NCBI GenBank assembly: GCA_008632985.1
Contig: QPGO01000045.1
Span: forward strand, 62,001 to 126,000
Direction: 5' to 3'
Source of the DNA: Psammoneis japonica
Taxonomy: Eukaryota
DNA: 64,000 nt
Numbering within the stretch: the first letter of the stretch is position 1; the number at the start of each line of letters is the position of its first letter. Shown here piece by piece: positions 35,601 through 49,100 of this stretch. The notes below the pieces were generated by a model. The model saw nothing but the letters and a program-made list of their open reading frames with translations. It was not told the DNA's origin and searched no databases. The translations under genes and the position numbers were made by a program.

Positions 35601-38492
35601 CTGGCAAAGTTGGTGATCTCAGTGCTCTTTGCGTGTTTGTTGGTTGTTGTGTTTGGGCTCAACCACCTGGAAAACATCCTGCCAACAAGATGTGTGGTCT
35701 TTCCAAAAAGGGTGCTTTCCTTGGTTTTCTTCCCAACGCTGCCATGAAGAACATCCTGTGGTGGGATCTGTCTGCTGACAAAGTCAAGATTGCAAAACAT
35801 GCCTTTGATGAAGGCATGAACAATGACCTGCCAATTGACAAACTTTCTCTGAATGTCATCCAACTCCAACATGCAGAGCAAGGCATGCCCCCCACCCCCA
35901 CCCTGCTGAGCCTTTGGACATGACTGTTCCTGAGTTTGCAACCTCATCTGGTCCTTTTGCACAGACACTTGCATGTGCTGTGAAATTTGTGTCTGCAGAT
36001 TGGACTTGTGGTCTTGAGTTTTTAACATGCAGCCTGATGGACAGAGCACATGCATTGGGTGTCAAGCCTGGCAGTCCAGCCTCTCAGCTCTTTTCTGCTT
36101 CTTGTGCCACATGCAACAAGATGCTGGGTGCCTGTTGCACTGAAGTTTTTTTTTCTTTGTGGATGCCAAGACTGCTCTGTGCAAAGTTTTTGATGAGTCT
36201 GTCTACCTTGTGAGATTGTCTGTGCACCAGAATGACAACTGCCATCAACCCAACTGCACTGTGCTTTGGAGGAATGCATGAAGCATGAATCAGGTCTCCC
36301 TGCTGAGGAAGCACATGTCCCTGAGATGGTGGCCTTGGATGATGTCCACCAGATTGCATTGACTCTTTTTCCTGACAATGATTTTTCTGAGGAAGCCACC
36401 CCAACTGACAAATTCTTCAACCACATCAATGCCATTTCATCTCAGGCTGTTGCTGGGGAGGGAGCAGCTCTTGATTGTTTCACATGTGCTTGTCTTGAAA
36501 AATTGACAGCTTGGCCAGAGTGGCAGGCTGGAGAATGAAGACAGCTGGACCAGCTTTGTCAACTTAGGATGTGTGGTCTCCAACTCAACCACAACCCCAT
36601 GGCACACATGTCATGCAAGCTCATTGGGGCTGCGCTCTCAAGCCCACTGGTCAATGCCATCCTCAACAATGTGGAGATGGCTCCAAGAAAGCTGTGCCAA
36701 CAATCCACTGTTTGACTTCAACAAGCTTTTCTTGTGCTGATCAATCCATCCAATGGCTGTTCTTTGCATTGAGTGCTGGTCTGACTTGTCATGTTTTTTG
36801 GGTGACACTTGTGATGCTTGTGCTCACTCACCTGTTCCTGCCAAAAGAGTCTTCATCTCTCTTGATGATGCACATCATGAGTGGCATTGAAATTGGTTTG
36901 GAAAAGATGTTGACCTGAGAAATGTCCTTCCTTTTCTCCATGCCCTTCAAGGTTGTCCTGAGGCAGGTGTGTTGTGGGAGAAGCACATCAGTTGTGCCTC
37001 ATCTGGTGTGAAGCTTTTGTTCTGCAATGCTGTGCATGACAAGTGTGTCTGCTCTGGGAAGTTCAATGGCATCAAGGTTTTTCTTCTCCATCAGATTGAT
37101 TGTTTTGCTCTTGCGTGTCCAACTGAAGATGTTGCTGTTGATGTTTTTGATTTTGTTGGTGAACTCTTCAGTGCCCCAATGAAGACACTCTTCTCTTCAA
37201 GTGCCTTGGACTGTGCACTGAATTCAATGGATTGAACATTGTCCAAAATGACAACTCAGTTGCTGTTTGCTGTTGCAGCTGCGCTGATTGTGTCTTCTTG
37301 CAGACTCATGGGTGGGATGCACCCAGCTCCAATGAGAGTGCTGTGGATTTCAAGGAGGCAACCCTGACATTGGTTGACTGCACTCCTGGGCTCTTTGCCA
37401 CTGCAGGTCCTGAGAAAGGCACTGATGCTCACAAAAAGATGGCTGCAAAGCATCAGCTCTAACATCAGTCTGTCCTTGGAGAGCTGATTTTTGCATGAAC
37501 TTGCTGCAATCTTGATGATGGCCACCCCATTGCAACCTTGTCCAAGTTCTGCAACATTGCTCCTGCTGACATGCACTGCAACTCTCTTTGCAGGGTTGCC
37601 AGGCACTTGCATTGCATGAAGGACTGGGGTCTCATGCACCAAAAAACCCACTGTGATCCTGGTCTTCCATCTCATGGTGCTCTTGAACGGCTTGAAGCTG
37701 ATCTCACATTTCCCAATTTCCCTGTTGCTTTGGATCCTTTCCAACTTCTTGGTTTTGTTGATGCAGCCCATGCAAACGCACACTCTGCCATCATTGGCCA
37801 ACCACTGGACATGCTCAGACTTTCAGCAGTTGCTGCTGTTGCATGTCGCTGTGCAGCTTGGACACTTGCCACTGTGCCAAGCTTGACAGAAGCTGACTTT
37901 CTTGCCAGTGTTGTGGGAACAAAGACAGCTCTGTGCTTGCACTCAGTTTGAAAGAACTCAGATTCCTGCAAAATGGTCTTGCCTCTCTCTTGATTGACAA
38001 CTTCTTGTTGGTGATCAAGATGATTGACCACCTTCTGGTTCCTGCTGAGTGGTCCACACATGTTGATGCCAGACAGTTTGCAATTCAAGACTGGCAGGAG
38101 GCAGGGGAAATTGTTGTTGGACACATTCCTGGTGTCATTGATGCTGTTGATGCACTCACCAAGGTGGTTGGGTGGGTGCTTCATGCCTGCCATGTTTGTT
38201 GATTGATGGGGCATTGTGGCTGATTTGGTTGGTTGATGTCTGCTTTGCTGCATCAACTGTTGTCAATTCTCTCCATGGACATTTTTTCTCTCTTGGTCTG
38301 TTTTGTCCCACTTCTTTCTTGGCTCTTATTTCTTCTTTGATTGGCAACCAGGATGCTCGTCAGGGGAGGGTGATGGCTGTTTGAGAGAACTGGATGTGCT
38401 GGATGCACACCCAGTGTGACTGCAGCACAGACATTGGCAGTCTCTCATCAAATCTCCAAACCACTTCCATCCACACCCATCTGTTCTCAACA
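32601..38492 (+). mobile_element. Degenerate Ty1/Copia LTR retrotransposon (protease ~34240, GAG-pre-integrase ~34910, integrase, RT ~36570-37300, RNase H ~37750-38200, PPT 38362-38370, putative 3' LTR 38371-38492)
   Basis: 'LWHQRLGH', 'DQGGKL', RT 'GDGSKKAVP' and 'LHQIDCFALAC'. RNase H 'GFVDAAHAN', 'TEADFLA', 'FAIQDWQEAGEI...HIPG..DAVDALTK..GWVLH'. Domain order is INT-RT-RH. Confidence 0.88.
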
Positions 38493-39935
38493 ACCCGCCT
38501 TTTTTCTGTTGACCAACAAAGTTCTTTGCTTTGCATGGAGAAAGCACTGCCTCAGTTGGTGCTCAAGGTCACAGAAAACAGTGTCCACATGTTGCAAGAT
38601 CTGACCTTCCCGTGCAAGATCCTTCCCGTGCAAGATCCAACATTTTTGCATCTGTGTGCATCAGAAGTTGTGACCAACATCCAACTCATCTCAACATTGA
38701 GCCACTCCATTCCACAACTTCAAATCCTGCATGGCCTCCTCTCTGCTTTGAGAGTTGACCACCATTTCTCTGTTTTTGCTGCAGCACTGGAAATTTCAAA
38801 AATGTGTCTTTCTCTTTGTTGCTGGCCAGTGCTCATTGAAGAAAAAAATCAAGGTGGCTTTTTGTTGTTGAACTGCACTCTGAATGTGACCATCTTTTGC
38901 TGTTGTGGTGTGGCTGGCTGCTGTGGTTGAAGACAAAAGAACACAACAAATCCCGTGTTGTGCACATTGTTTCCTTGTCCCCAGCAGCTGTCTCCCTGTT
39001 GGGCATTGCCAACAGATGGTGCCAATTCTGGCCAATCATTTTGTTCTTCTGCAGAAAGTGTGGGTTGGCCCACATCAGCTTTGCTTGTCAATGGTGTTGC
39101 AGCACCACAAACTCTGGATCTGCACTTTTTTGCCTCCCAGCAGGCGCTTCTGAAAAAGGAGTTGATCGTGCTCTTGGCTCCAATGAAGCAAGCAAATGTG
39201 CGGCCAATGCAGCCAAGAATCAGAAAAAAGAGAGATTGATTGCAGTGCTGTGGCAATCAGCAGGTTCCCCTGTTGTGAGAGCATCATAATTCTGGTCAAT
39301 TTGCCTGGCTGTTGGTGATTGCATTGATGGTGTTCACAGAGTTCTTGGGGTTAAAATGCACAAGTGCCAATCCACATGGTTGTCATGCCCTCTGCTGCCA
39401 CTGCCTTGGACTTGAGTGAAGAGACTGCCCTCTTTGACACCATTTGGGATTGTCTCTTTGCTGCTCTACAAACAATTGGACCACCGTCTGGTGCCTGTGC
39501 CAACTCCTCTGCTGCCCACAACAAACCTGCAAACCCAACCCTGCACTCACCCTCAAGTGCCCTGCTCATGCAGGCACCCAACTCAAGCCTGTTTCCTCTG
39601 CTGTTTCACCTCCAGCTCGCTGCTGCCCAGCCATCAATGCAGCTGTCCCAAACCTCCCCACCTCTCCAGCTCCTTGCTTGCCTGTCCCCAGCCTCAAATC
39701 TCAACCCTTTTGATGACACATGCACCATGCAGCAAGTGCCAAGCAGAAATTTGACGGGAACAACGAAACTCAACATGAGTCAACCCTCATTTTTTTAAAC
39801 CAAGCAGGCGTCCACCTCACTCTGTTTGCTGTTGATTGTCTGGGAGAGCATGAGGGCACTTTGCCTGCCCTGCTTTCTGTTTGGAGCCGCCGACCAAGAT
39901 GCTTTGGTTCCTTTCAACATCCAGCTGCCCGCGCG

Positions 39936-40077
39936 GCACTGCTTGCACCCACACCCAGTTCTTGCCCTCAGGGGTCTTCTCTGCTGCTGCTGCTGAGCAG
40001 CAGCAGGCACTGCTTGCACCCATGCCCAGTTCTTGCCCTCAGGGGTCTTCTCTGCTGCTGCTGCTGAGCAGCAGCAG
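39936..40077 (+). repeat. Tandem duplication, 2 x 71 bp, each ending in a (CTG)n-A-(GCA)n inverted motif
   Basis: Units 39936-40006 and 40007-40077 differ only at one CA/TG dinucleotide. Confidence 0.9.
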
Positions 40078-40911
40078 AGTGCCTCAACAACATGCCGCGC
40101 TTCTTGCTCTCACCCCACGCTGCCCTGCCAAGCCATCACCACCTCACATTGTTGGGGCCTCCAGAGGCTTGGCTTCATGGTCACCAAGTCTTTGGCTGAC
40201 CGGCTCGCCCATTGCTCCACCAAGCCACAGTCCCATCTCACCAACCGGTCCCCCAAACCAGACCCTTTCCCACCCACATGACTCTCACCGGCAGCAAGGT
40301 TGCGGTTACGGTTTTCACCCCTGTTCAGCGTCTGTCGTCTCCACCTCCCTCACCATTGAGTGACGTTAGTTGCCCGTCGCCCGTCGCGTCGTGAACTTTT
40401 CTCACCAGCAGCGCGAAGCGCGACACTTACTACAAATGCAAGACAATTGCGCGATTCACGTGCCCGAAGGTGGAATATCGTTGCCCGAAGCAACATTCTC
40501 CCTTCGCGCAGATGTCAATTCTACGTATGATGTGGTATCAAAATTTTCATTTTGGTCCCAGTCATTTCATCAAATGACCTTGTGGTACTCTCCTACGTGA
40601 TCTACGAAAATCGGAGCTTCGGGCTGGCTGGTACATTTTCTACAGGCTCTACGTGCGCGAAGCTCGAACTTCAACAATCACCCTGCCTTCGGGCACGTGA
40701 ATCGCGCAATTGTCTTGCAATTCGTAGTATCATAATGCTGTAAGGAGTATGAAATGGTTTCCGCAGCGCTCCGTATACCGCCGTGGAAGATGATTCTTCG
40801 TAGATTACTGGAATCCCAATACAGTAGACGAGAGACTTGCGAAACGTTGTGTGGCTTGTGTCAACCGTACAGTATAGGTATTCGACGTACCACATCTGAT
40901 CCATCGCCAAC

Positions 40912-42552
40912 ATGAGAAAGAGTCATGGTGACTGGTCAAAGCATAAGTCAATGATGCCCAGCGAAGGGAGTGTGACATCTCTCTCATTGCGTACACTGTC
41001 GCTTCGTGGGTCGTTCTATTCTACGGGATCTTCTTATCGACTGAATGATTCTTCGAGTGGTTGGGTGTGTACGAACTGTTCTTATCAGAATGGTTGCAGT
41101 GGCACCAATATATGCTCTATCTGCGGTGCACCTCGGCACAAAAAAGCACATCGAGCCGCTTCAATTAGCGAGGAAGAACCCTTCGAAGACGAATCGAAAC
41201 CGACAGCTGTCAACGAGGCCGCCGCTTTTCCAGCGTCCCGAAAAGGAAAGTTCCAAGCGAATGAGTACAGCGACTTCTTGGATTTCCCTCCTGTTCGTCC
41301 AGATGCAGATGACGAAGCAGTCGAAAAAGCGCAGCCAGCTGCTTCAATTAGAGAGGAAGAACGATTAGAAGACGAATCGAAACCGACATCCGTCAATGAG
41401 GCCGCTCCTCCAGCGTCCCTAAAAGGAAAGTTCCAAGCGAATGAGTACAGCGACTTCTTGGATTTCCCTCCTGTTCGTCCAGATGCAGATGATGAAGCAG
41501 TCGAAAAAGCACAGCCAGCTGCTTCAATAATTAGAGGGGCGGTACGCTTAGAAGACGAATCGAAACCGACATCGTCTCGAAAAGAAAAGTTCCAAGCGAA
41601 TGAGTACACAGACTTCTTGGATTTCCCTCCTGTTCGTCCGGATGCAGATGACGAAGCAGTCGGTAAACCTCATCCAACACGAATTCCAATTCAAAGTGAC
41701 GATAATAATGGAGAATCCGCAGAAAGCGATTCTTCCTCTAGCGATGAAAGTGGCGAAGCAGATGACATAGTCTTAGAGCTGATGAGAAAGGGGTCATCTG
41801 CACCAGATAGTAGGTATGAAGCATTGGCGGGGGCTCGTGAAATGAGTTTTGCCAATTGGTCCAGCAACGAAATTAAAGAGTGGGTTTGTGGATTGTGCAC
41901 CTATGTAAACGAGGATCCACTTCATTTGTCGTGTGCTGTTTGCGGTCATGCCCGAGGTCAGAAGGCAGTACCCGAGAATGGTGAAGCCATGACGTCTAGA
42001 CAAGGTAGTTTGAGCGAAGAGGATCAGGAGCTATACTTGGAGAAGCAACGGGAACTTGCTGAAGTAGCTGCGTTAGAGGAAATCAACAATGAGCGGTGGA
42101 GGGAATTTGTTGAGGAACAGATGGAGCATCTTGATGAAGTACAAGCCCAGCATCACAATATATTGCAGTCCTGCGAGGAGCAGATGAGTCAGCTTCTAGC
42201 TGAGGGTGAAAGATCCCAACAAGAAACCAACCTGACACTACAAGAATGCTCGCAGAAGTTGGCACAACTGGAACGTATTCATCGAGAGGAATTAAGAGAA
42301 CAGGAAGTGATGGAAGCTGTCCAGCAACAGCGAAAAGAGATTATCGAAGAAGAAGAAGGCCCGGATGCACTAGAACAGAGTAGTACCGGTCCTCGAAAAC
42401 TAGCAAGGAAAAGGACACTTGTGTGGACCGCACAGCAGCGTATGCTCAGTGATCGCAGACAAAACCTCAACACAAGAGAAGCGAGAATGCAGTCGATTCG
42501 ACAGCTTCAAGAAGAAGTCGAGAAAGAATCCGAATCAAGACAATCTTATTAG
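40912..42552 (+). CDS. Protein with two RanBP2-type zinc fingers, three ~60-aa tandem repeats and a C-terminal coiled coil
   Basis: 'WVCTNCSYQN....ICSICG' and 'WVCGLCTYVN....SCAVCG'. The repeat 'KFQANEYSDFLDFPPVRPDADDEAV' occurs three times (41155-41662). Confidence 0.8.
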   Translation: MRKSHGDWSKHKSMMPSEGSVTSLSLRTLSLRGSFYSTGSSYRLNDSSSGWVCTNCSYQNGCSGTNICSICGAPRHKKAHRAASISEEEPFEDESKPTAVNEAAAFPASRKGKFQANEYSDFLDFPPVRPDADDEAVEKAQPAASIREEERLEDESKPTSVNEAAPPASLKGKFQANEYSDFLDFPPVRPDADDEAVEKAQPAASIIRGAVRLEDESKPTSSRKEKFQANEYTDFLDFPPVRPDADDEAVGKPHPTRIPIQSDDNNGESAESDSSSSDESGEADDIVLELMRKGSSAPDSRYEALAGAREMSFANWSSNEIKEWVCGLCTYVNEDPLHLSCAVCGHARGQKAVPENGEAMTSRQGSLSEEDQELYLEKQRELAEVAALEEINNERWREFVEEQMEHLDEVQAQHHNILQSCEEQMSQLLAEGERSQQETNLTLQECSQKLAQLERIHREELREQEVMEAVQQQRKEIIEEEEGPDALEQSSTGPRKLARKRTLVWTAQQRMLSDRRQNLNTREARMQSIRQLQEEVEKESESRQSY

Positions 42553-42560
42553 ACAATCCT

Positions 42561-45460
42561 TTAGATAGGGAGACACCTTGTCTCGAAAATCCTATTGCTC
42601 ACATGCTGAACTCGAACTGTCAGATATCTGATGCATATCAAGTCAACCAGCCTGGCAACATGTGGTGATCCTTTTACGAGCTTGTTGTAGGCGTCCTCGC
42701 TAAGCGTGTATAGTACAGCCTCCTCGGATAGACACTGAACTGAACTCATGCGAGGCACGCCTTCGATCAGACCACTCTCTCCTATTGTGTTTCCGCTCGC
42801 AATGGTTTCGCTCGTTCCTGCTTCATTCTCCAGCAGCGAAATTAATGTACCCCGTACAAGGAGCTTTGTGCAGTTGCTGGGTGAGCCTTGCTTCCAAAGA
42901 AACTCGTCCTGGACAAACACCTCACGTTCAAACTCGGCAAATAAAGTTTGGAGGTGTTTCTTGTCGACTTTCCCTGGACACAAATTTTCCAAGTATGTTA
43001 ACGCCATTTCTCGTTCTTCCGTTAAGGAAGAAGAGTGAGAGAGTGCTCCGCCCGACACTCCGGTGTTCTCATCAAGCAGGGATGGATCCTCTCTATCAAT
43101 TAGTGCATTCTCGGCAAATATCAGTGCCAAGTTCAACGTGTCGCAGACGTGGCTGCCTGTAAATGCCAGGCTCTGCATTGCCTCGAACGAAGAGACAAGG
43201 GGCAGCAACAAAGTTCCTTCATTCGGGGCTTCGGGGTCGCCGTCATGCATACCCCCTGTTGGGATGGTGGGAGCAGATAGCTCTTTCGATAGGTCAAACT
43301 CACAGGGAAAACCATCATCTGAGCCACTAACAAAGATAGAGAGCTGAACATGATATCGCTTCCGCATGGCTGTCTTGAGCCTCGCCATGGCTTGAGCCGC
43401 AGACGAATCAATGCCCAGAACCAACGAAAAGTCAACAATAACAACAATCGGCTCATCAGGTGTGCCTTGTCTTTCTGATAGCAATTTATTGACATTCTCT
43501 GTCAGGTGGACCATGTTGCCAAAGAACAAGTGCCCCTGCAACTGGATGACCAGTATTCGGCTTCGACCAGTCGCAGGGTCGTCGAGAATTTTCCAAGCTT
43601 TATGATTTCGATTCAGTTGGCTACTTCTCAACGTGAATGCAGACATTGAACCTCTCACGGGGTTCACATACGCCATACTTTGAGCAACATATGTTGAGAT
43701 GGCTGTAATGACCCCAGCAATCATCGCGGCTTCCATTCCGTACAACGTCATCACGATTGTTATCAACCATATTCCTCCGTACTCCAGTTTGTCAAACTTT
43801 CCAAATGAATCATATACTCCTTCCAGAAAAAGATCAATTCCAACATGGACTAACAAAGTTCCTGCCATACACCGAGGAATGTACGAGGCAATCATTGGGC
43901 CGATAACGAATAATACCGCAGTTAGTACTGCAACGGCGACACCCGAGATCTTGCCCATGCCGCCGGATCTGTCATAAAGCACAGACTGTGTATACGCCTA
44001 GTAGAAATGATTATGTAGAGAGGAAGTGGAAACAAAAGAGAAGCAAAATGCATTGTGAGAAAAATAGAATGAACTGCGCATCGTAGAAGGTCTTTACCGC
44101 CATTTCTTGTACAGACCAAATAATTCTGGAGCCCTCCCACGGAACCGGCAATCATGTTTGAATATCCGTGCGCTACAAGCTCCACATTCATGTCTGCTTC
44201 TGTGTTTGTCGACAATGCAAAGGCCGGGATGTTTATCGGGACGTGGATCAACGAGAAAAGCGTGAGTGCCAAGAGCGTCGGAATGGAACTGGATATGGCC
44301 TTCCACGACACGACGGACAAGTCAATAAATCGCCACATATCCAAGAGATGAACGTTGAATAACGACTCGACAAACGTGGATGAGTTTCCCTTGTCATCAT
44401 CCTGCAATGAAGGGAAAAAGTATCCCAACTCCATGGCATGATAAAAATCGACACGAAACAACCATAAAGCGCCGTAGAACATTGGTGTAATCAGACAAAA
44501 GTAGATGGGAGAAAGAAGTGGCAACTTTGCTTTGCCATCTTTGTCCTTTGAGAACAGTTCAAGAAGGCGTAGAATGACTTCAAAAACGACGACAACCCCA
44601 ATCAGGTCAACATGGTTGGTCAAGGCGCTAACGGAAAATGCAGCATCCGTCGTCACTTCAATCCCAGTCTTGGCAATGTAAACTCCAATGCCACCAATGC
44701 AACCGACTAAAACGTGTGTTGGAAAGTAATACACGACTCTCCCGAGTTTCAAAACTCCCAAAACCCAAAACACAAGACCAACCACAAGCGAGGCAAGGCC
44801 GAATAAAACAAACAAGGTTGCCAATGCTTCGACACCATACCCCTGCTGTGAGAGGACGATATGCGAGAGCGCATGGCAAAAAGGCACATTCTCCACCATT
44901 TGTAGGCCAATGGGATTCTTGAATCCAGAGAAAAATGTAAATACTACTTGCCCAACGATTGTTGAAAAGAGAAACATGCGAATTCCCAGTGCCTCCTTTC
45001 CGGGAAGAGGAAATACACCAACGAAATCGTCAGCTTCCTCTTCCGTCGTCGTCGTTGGCTCGTCTCCGTTCCCCCACGATATGGGAAAATAACTCACTCC
45101 AAAAGGTATGCCAATCATGAGATGAAAAACTCCGATAAGAACGATAGCTGGTATTTGCTGTAATGCTTTGAGTAACGTTCCGTTTACACCTTTTTCCGGC
45201 GGCAATGTGCGCTCTCGTGTATGTGGCGTGTGGTCGGATAGTGTTCCTCTTCCCAAATTCGATTCCTTTGCTTGCGACTGTCGTTCCTGCTCACCACCCA
45301 CCATGGTCGACCGTAGTCGATCCATGGTTCCGGATACTTCATATTTACGAAAGGCTGAAGGTCTTGTCGGTGATTCGTGCATGGGTATGGAACTGGTTGT
45401 TCCGCCCGTCCAATCACTAGACGATCGTCGAGTTAGATGGGATCGATTATTTTCGCTCAT
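42561..45460 (-). CDS. SulP/SLC26 anion transporter with STAS and cyclic-nucleotide-binding domains; 2 exons (intron 43998-44116)
   Basis: TM domain 'YYFPTHVLVGCIGGIG', 'ELVAHGYSN', 'GGLQNYL|AYTQS'. STAS 'QLQGHLFFG', 'DFSLVLGIDSSA'. C-terminal cNMP-like 'GNTIGESGL'. Confidence 0.9.
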
Positions 45461-46127
45461 AAAACAGCTTTTGGAAAACTAAAATAAAAGGTGTTCGGCA
45501 AGAGCATCACCACTATGAGAACATCCTCGTCGACATGCATACACTTGTTTGTTGTTGATCATACGGATCTTTCCCCTGTCACGTTTCTGTTCTCCGGTTG
45601 CCCGTGGTTGTTACCAAGCATCAATAGCATCAAGCGAGAGATCTTTTTGCCTTTTTTATGTTGATTTTTGATTTTTTCGATCTTCGGGTGGCTTCTGAGT
45701 ACTGTGAGTGTGTCTGTAACTTCATTCTACGTAGCTGCCTCCCCATGTTTGTGCAAAAGTCATTGGGTTCTCTGGCAGTGCATGTCGGTCGCCAATTGTC
45801 CTCACGTAGAATTACGTAGAATATGTACTGAGATCCTCATGACCGTGAAGAAAGCAAGGGGCCGAGATCGAACAGGGAGACAGCGTTGAGAGCGGAAGAT
45901 CGACAAGAGCAACAAAGAACGCAACGTTGTTGCTTCAAACCGCGGCACACGTCCGCTTTGGAGTTGGAACAAGGTATCCGCAAGGTATCAGACGCTATAT
46001 TGTTGAACTCTTGATTGGAGCTTCGTTGTTGTCTCTATAGAACGTTGAGTTTTTGTTTGATCGGGTGGAGCGGTATTTTTGGCAGAGGCGCATCGCTTAT
46101 CCAACATAGGGAGACTGCACAGCCACC

Positions 46128-49100
46128 ATGAAGACGAATCTAAGTCACATCTTGTCGGTATCGGACGCGTGTAAATTGTTGGGTGAATCGACCGTCCGTC
46201 GGATCGTCAAGTCGGTGATACAATTCAAACTGTCGCTCGCGAACCAACGCAACAACACCAACACAACAACGTCCCCATAACTACGGATCCACAAGAAGAA
46301 GTGACTCTCTGCAAAGCTCTCTTTTATCCCGTCCCGCCACAACAAGATGACAAGTCGTTGCTTCCCGTTCCAGCCGAAGTGTCGTCGGCGTGGCAGCGAT
46401 TGACCCAACGGCCCGGTCCGCTGTCGATGGATAAGGTGAGCTTTTTGCGGTGGGCCGTGCCTCACTGTGCGGCGCCCTTTGCGGGACCCGGCGGACACTT
46501 GGGACTCTTTGATTGTGTCACGTATTCGCTTCAAGCTACGGCACAGCAACAGCACGGAGCAGCGGGAGGAGGAGCGACTGTGCCGGTGGTGCTCTTGCCC
46601 GATATCATTATCTTTTTTGCAATCTGTCGGGCACACGGAAATATCAAGAACCCCAATGTGCATTCCAAGGAAAACTTTGGAGCCATGCTACTCAGTGTCA
46701 TGGCGTTTCGGATTTACGATTCATATCAAAAGCGCGGAACCATCACACGAGACACCTTGCATAAATTCATGAGCGATGTCTATGGAGAAGAGAGTTACAA
46801 GTCAGGACCGGCGAGGGATGTGCTGGACAGTATGTTTACCGTTCCAGAACCAGCAGTACCTGCGGCGGCGGAGGAAGAAGATGCTGCCAATGCGGCTGGT
46901 AATGCTGCGGGTAGAGTCATTCCGTCCCTTACCGCGACTCAGTTTTGCAAGGGGATTTCCGAAACTCTTGCGGAGGGATCAACCAAGCACGTATTGTTGG
47001 ATTGGGTCGCGTCCCTGGGAATTGCCATGCTGCCTCCACACGATTTGGCGCATTCGACGCAGGCATATTTGGAAACCATTTCTTCCACAAATCGGTCCAT
47101 TGGACGACTTTGTCACAAGTACGCCTTGGAGGAGACTCGCTTGTACGAAATCAAACGACGATTCCATTCCATGGTGGAGTCCTCCAATGTTTTGATTCAC
47201 GGCGATGGATCCTTACCCATGACGGAACAAGAAGGCGAAGCCAGCAGTGGAGGTTCAGTGGCTGCGGTCGGAGATCGACCTCGTCATGTCATTACACAAG
47301 ATGCCTTTGTCAAGGCGGCATCGACACCCAACCATGAATTGGGGCACGGAGGATACCTACCCAAGGATCTCGCCAAGCTCACGTTTGATGGAGGGTGTCC
47401 TCCTCGCAACCCCGACAGTGACAACCCCACGTCCTATTGGGCCATGTACGATGTCCTCTTGTTTGGATCTTGTGCAGTACGCAAGGACGCACAGCAACAA
47501 AAGGACAAGAACAAGTCTACCTTTTCAGAAATACCATTGTTGCGATTTGTCTTTCGCTCCTTTTGCATCATGCCGGATGACGACACGTCGTCGTTGACAA
47601 CTGCATCGTCCGTCTCGGACGAGCCGGACCGGGTCTTGTCGAGATGGAAAATTGGAAAAATGTTGCTCTTGTTGTTGGAGCACGCGACCTTTCGATTGGA
47701 AGCGGATGCCGCCAAGGAGGATGAAATATTTGGTCTTGGGAGTTCAGAAGATGCTAAAAAGGAAACGACGGGGCAAGTGGATTCTGCGAATTTAGAAGAC
47801 ACGGTGGTGGATGTGACGGCGGCTTCTCTTTTAGGGATTTTACCGCTTTCCTTTTCCGCCAACGACAAGAGTGTAAAGCTCAGTGTTTTGATTGACTACC
47901 TCTTGGAAGAAGCCCGTACAGAAGGAGAAGATGTTCCGACGGAATTGTCCTTTGAGGGATTTTGCACGTGGTATCAGAACTCGTCTCACGCTGACAGAGC
48001 CTTTCTATCCAAGAACAACGCGTTGGCCCCTACTTGTTGGAACTACGTCTCGTTGCATCAGTTTTGTTTGGAATCCCTCCGTCAGAAGCTTCCATGGAGA
48101 GAGATATCGTGGACGAGATTCATTCTCGTCACAAGTACCGATACCCCCAACCGAAGTCTCACGTCGCGGACCGAGGGGAACCGTGTGGTATGTCATTGAT
48201 GACCTGTGGTACAACAATTGGCAAAATCATATCCAAAAGGCAATCGAGGAGGAAAAGACGGGAGCCAAGGACGAAGCGGGACCCCGGATTCTTGGTAAAA
48301 TCAACAATACCAGTCTCTTAGCGGACAATGGGAGTTTGGCGCTTCGGCCCAACATTCGTTGGAGACAAGATTATGAAGTGAGTTCGCCAACTGGGGACAA
48401 TTCCTGTTCTCGAATTGCATTTCGAATCGACTCACCAGCCGTTTTTTACGTTGTTTCCGGACAGATTATTGCACCGCTGGCTTGGTCCGCGTTGCAGGCC
48501 TGGTACGATGGCGGTCCTCCCATTTACAGAACGGTTGTTCCCTATATTCCCAAAGAGGGCGGAAAGAAGTCGCCCCACAGCCGATCGAATGAATTAAGGA
48601 TCCGAACCGAACACGAGATTGAACTCTATCCATTGTTTGTCACGGTCTTCTTGTGCGATGCCGCTTCTCGGGGTGAGGCTAGACCCTTTCAGCAGTACGT
48701 GCCCGTCAGTCGTGTAAGTCCACTCCGTGTCTTGCTGGTGCAGCTTTGCAAGGGACTTGATTTGGACCCAAAGTTTGGAAGAATCTGGATGATGGGAAAG
48801 GCCGCCAAGATGGGCAGTCAAAAGTCGCTATCTGTCGACAAATCCAAAAAAGAAGACGAGGAAAGAGACGATTGGTTGTTGAATTTGGACGTTAACATTA
48901 TGAGTCAGCACGATCGATCGGGTGAAGTTGTTGGAAAGGACGGGAATAACCAGTCAATGACGCTGTTGCTCGAAATTAAAGATGCGGAAACAGGAAAGTG
49001 GCCTCGTGGTTTGGACGGACGGCAATGGACCTTTCAGAAGAACAAGAGTTTGGGTGACGAGGAGGAAGAAACGCTGACTGGAGACGGAGTCGTTGGACTG

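Noticed and set aside
26970..40300. Classical fungal RIP as the cause
   Set aside because: RIP enriches TpA and depletes CpA, and the opposite is seen here. Linked duplicates are also not mutated symmetrically.
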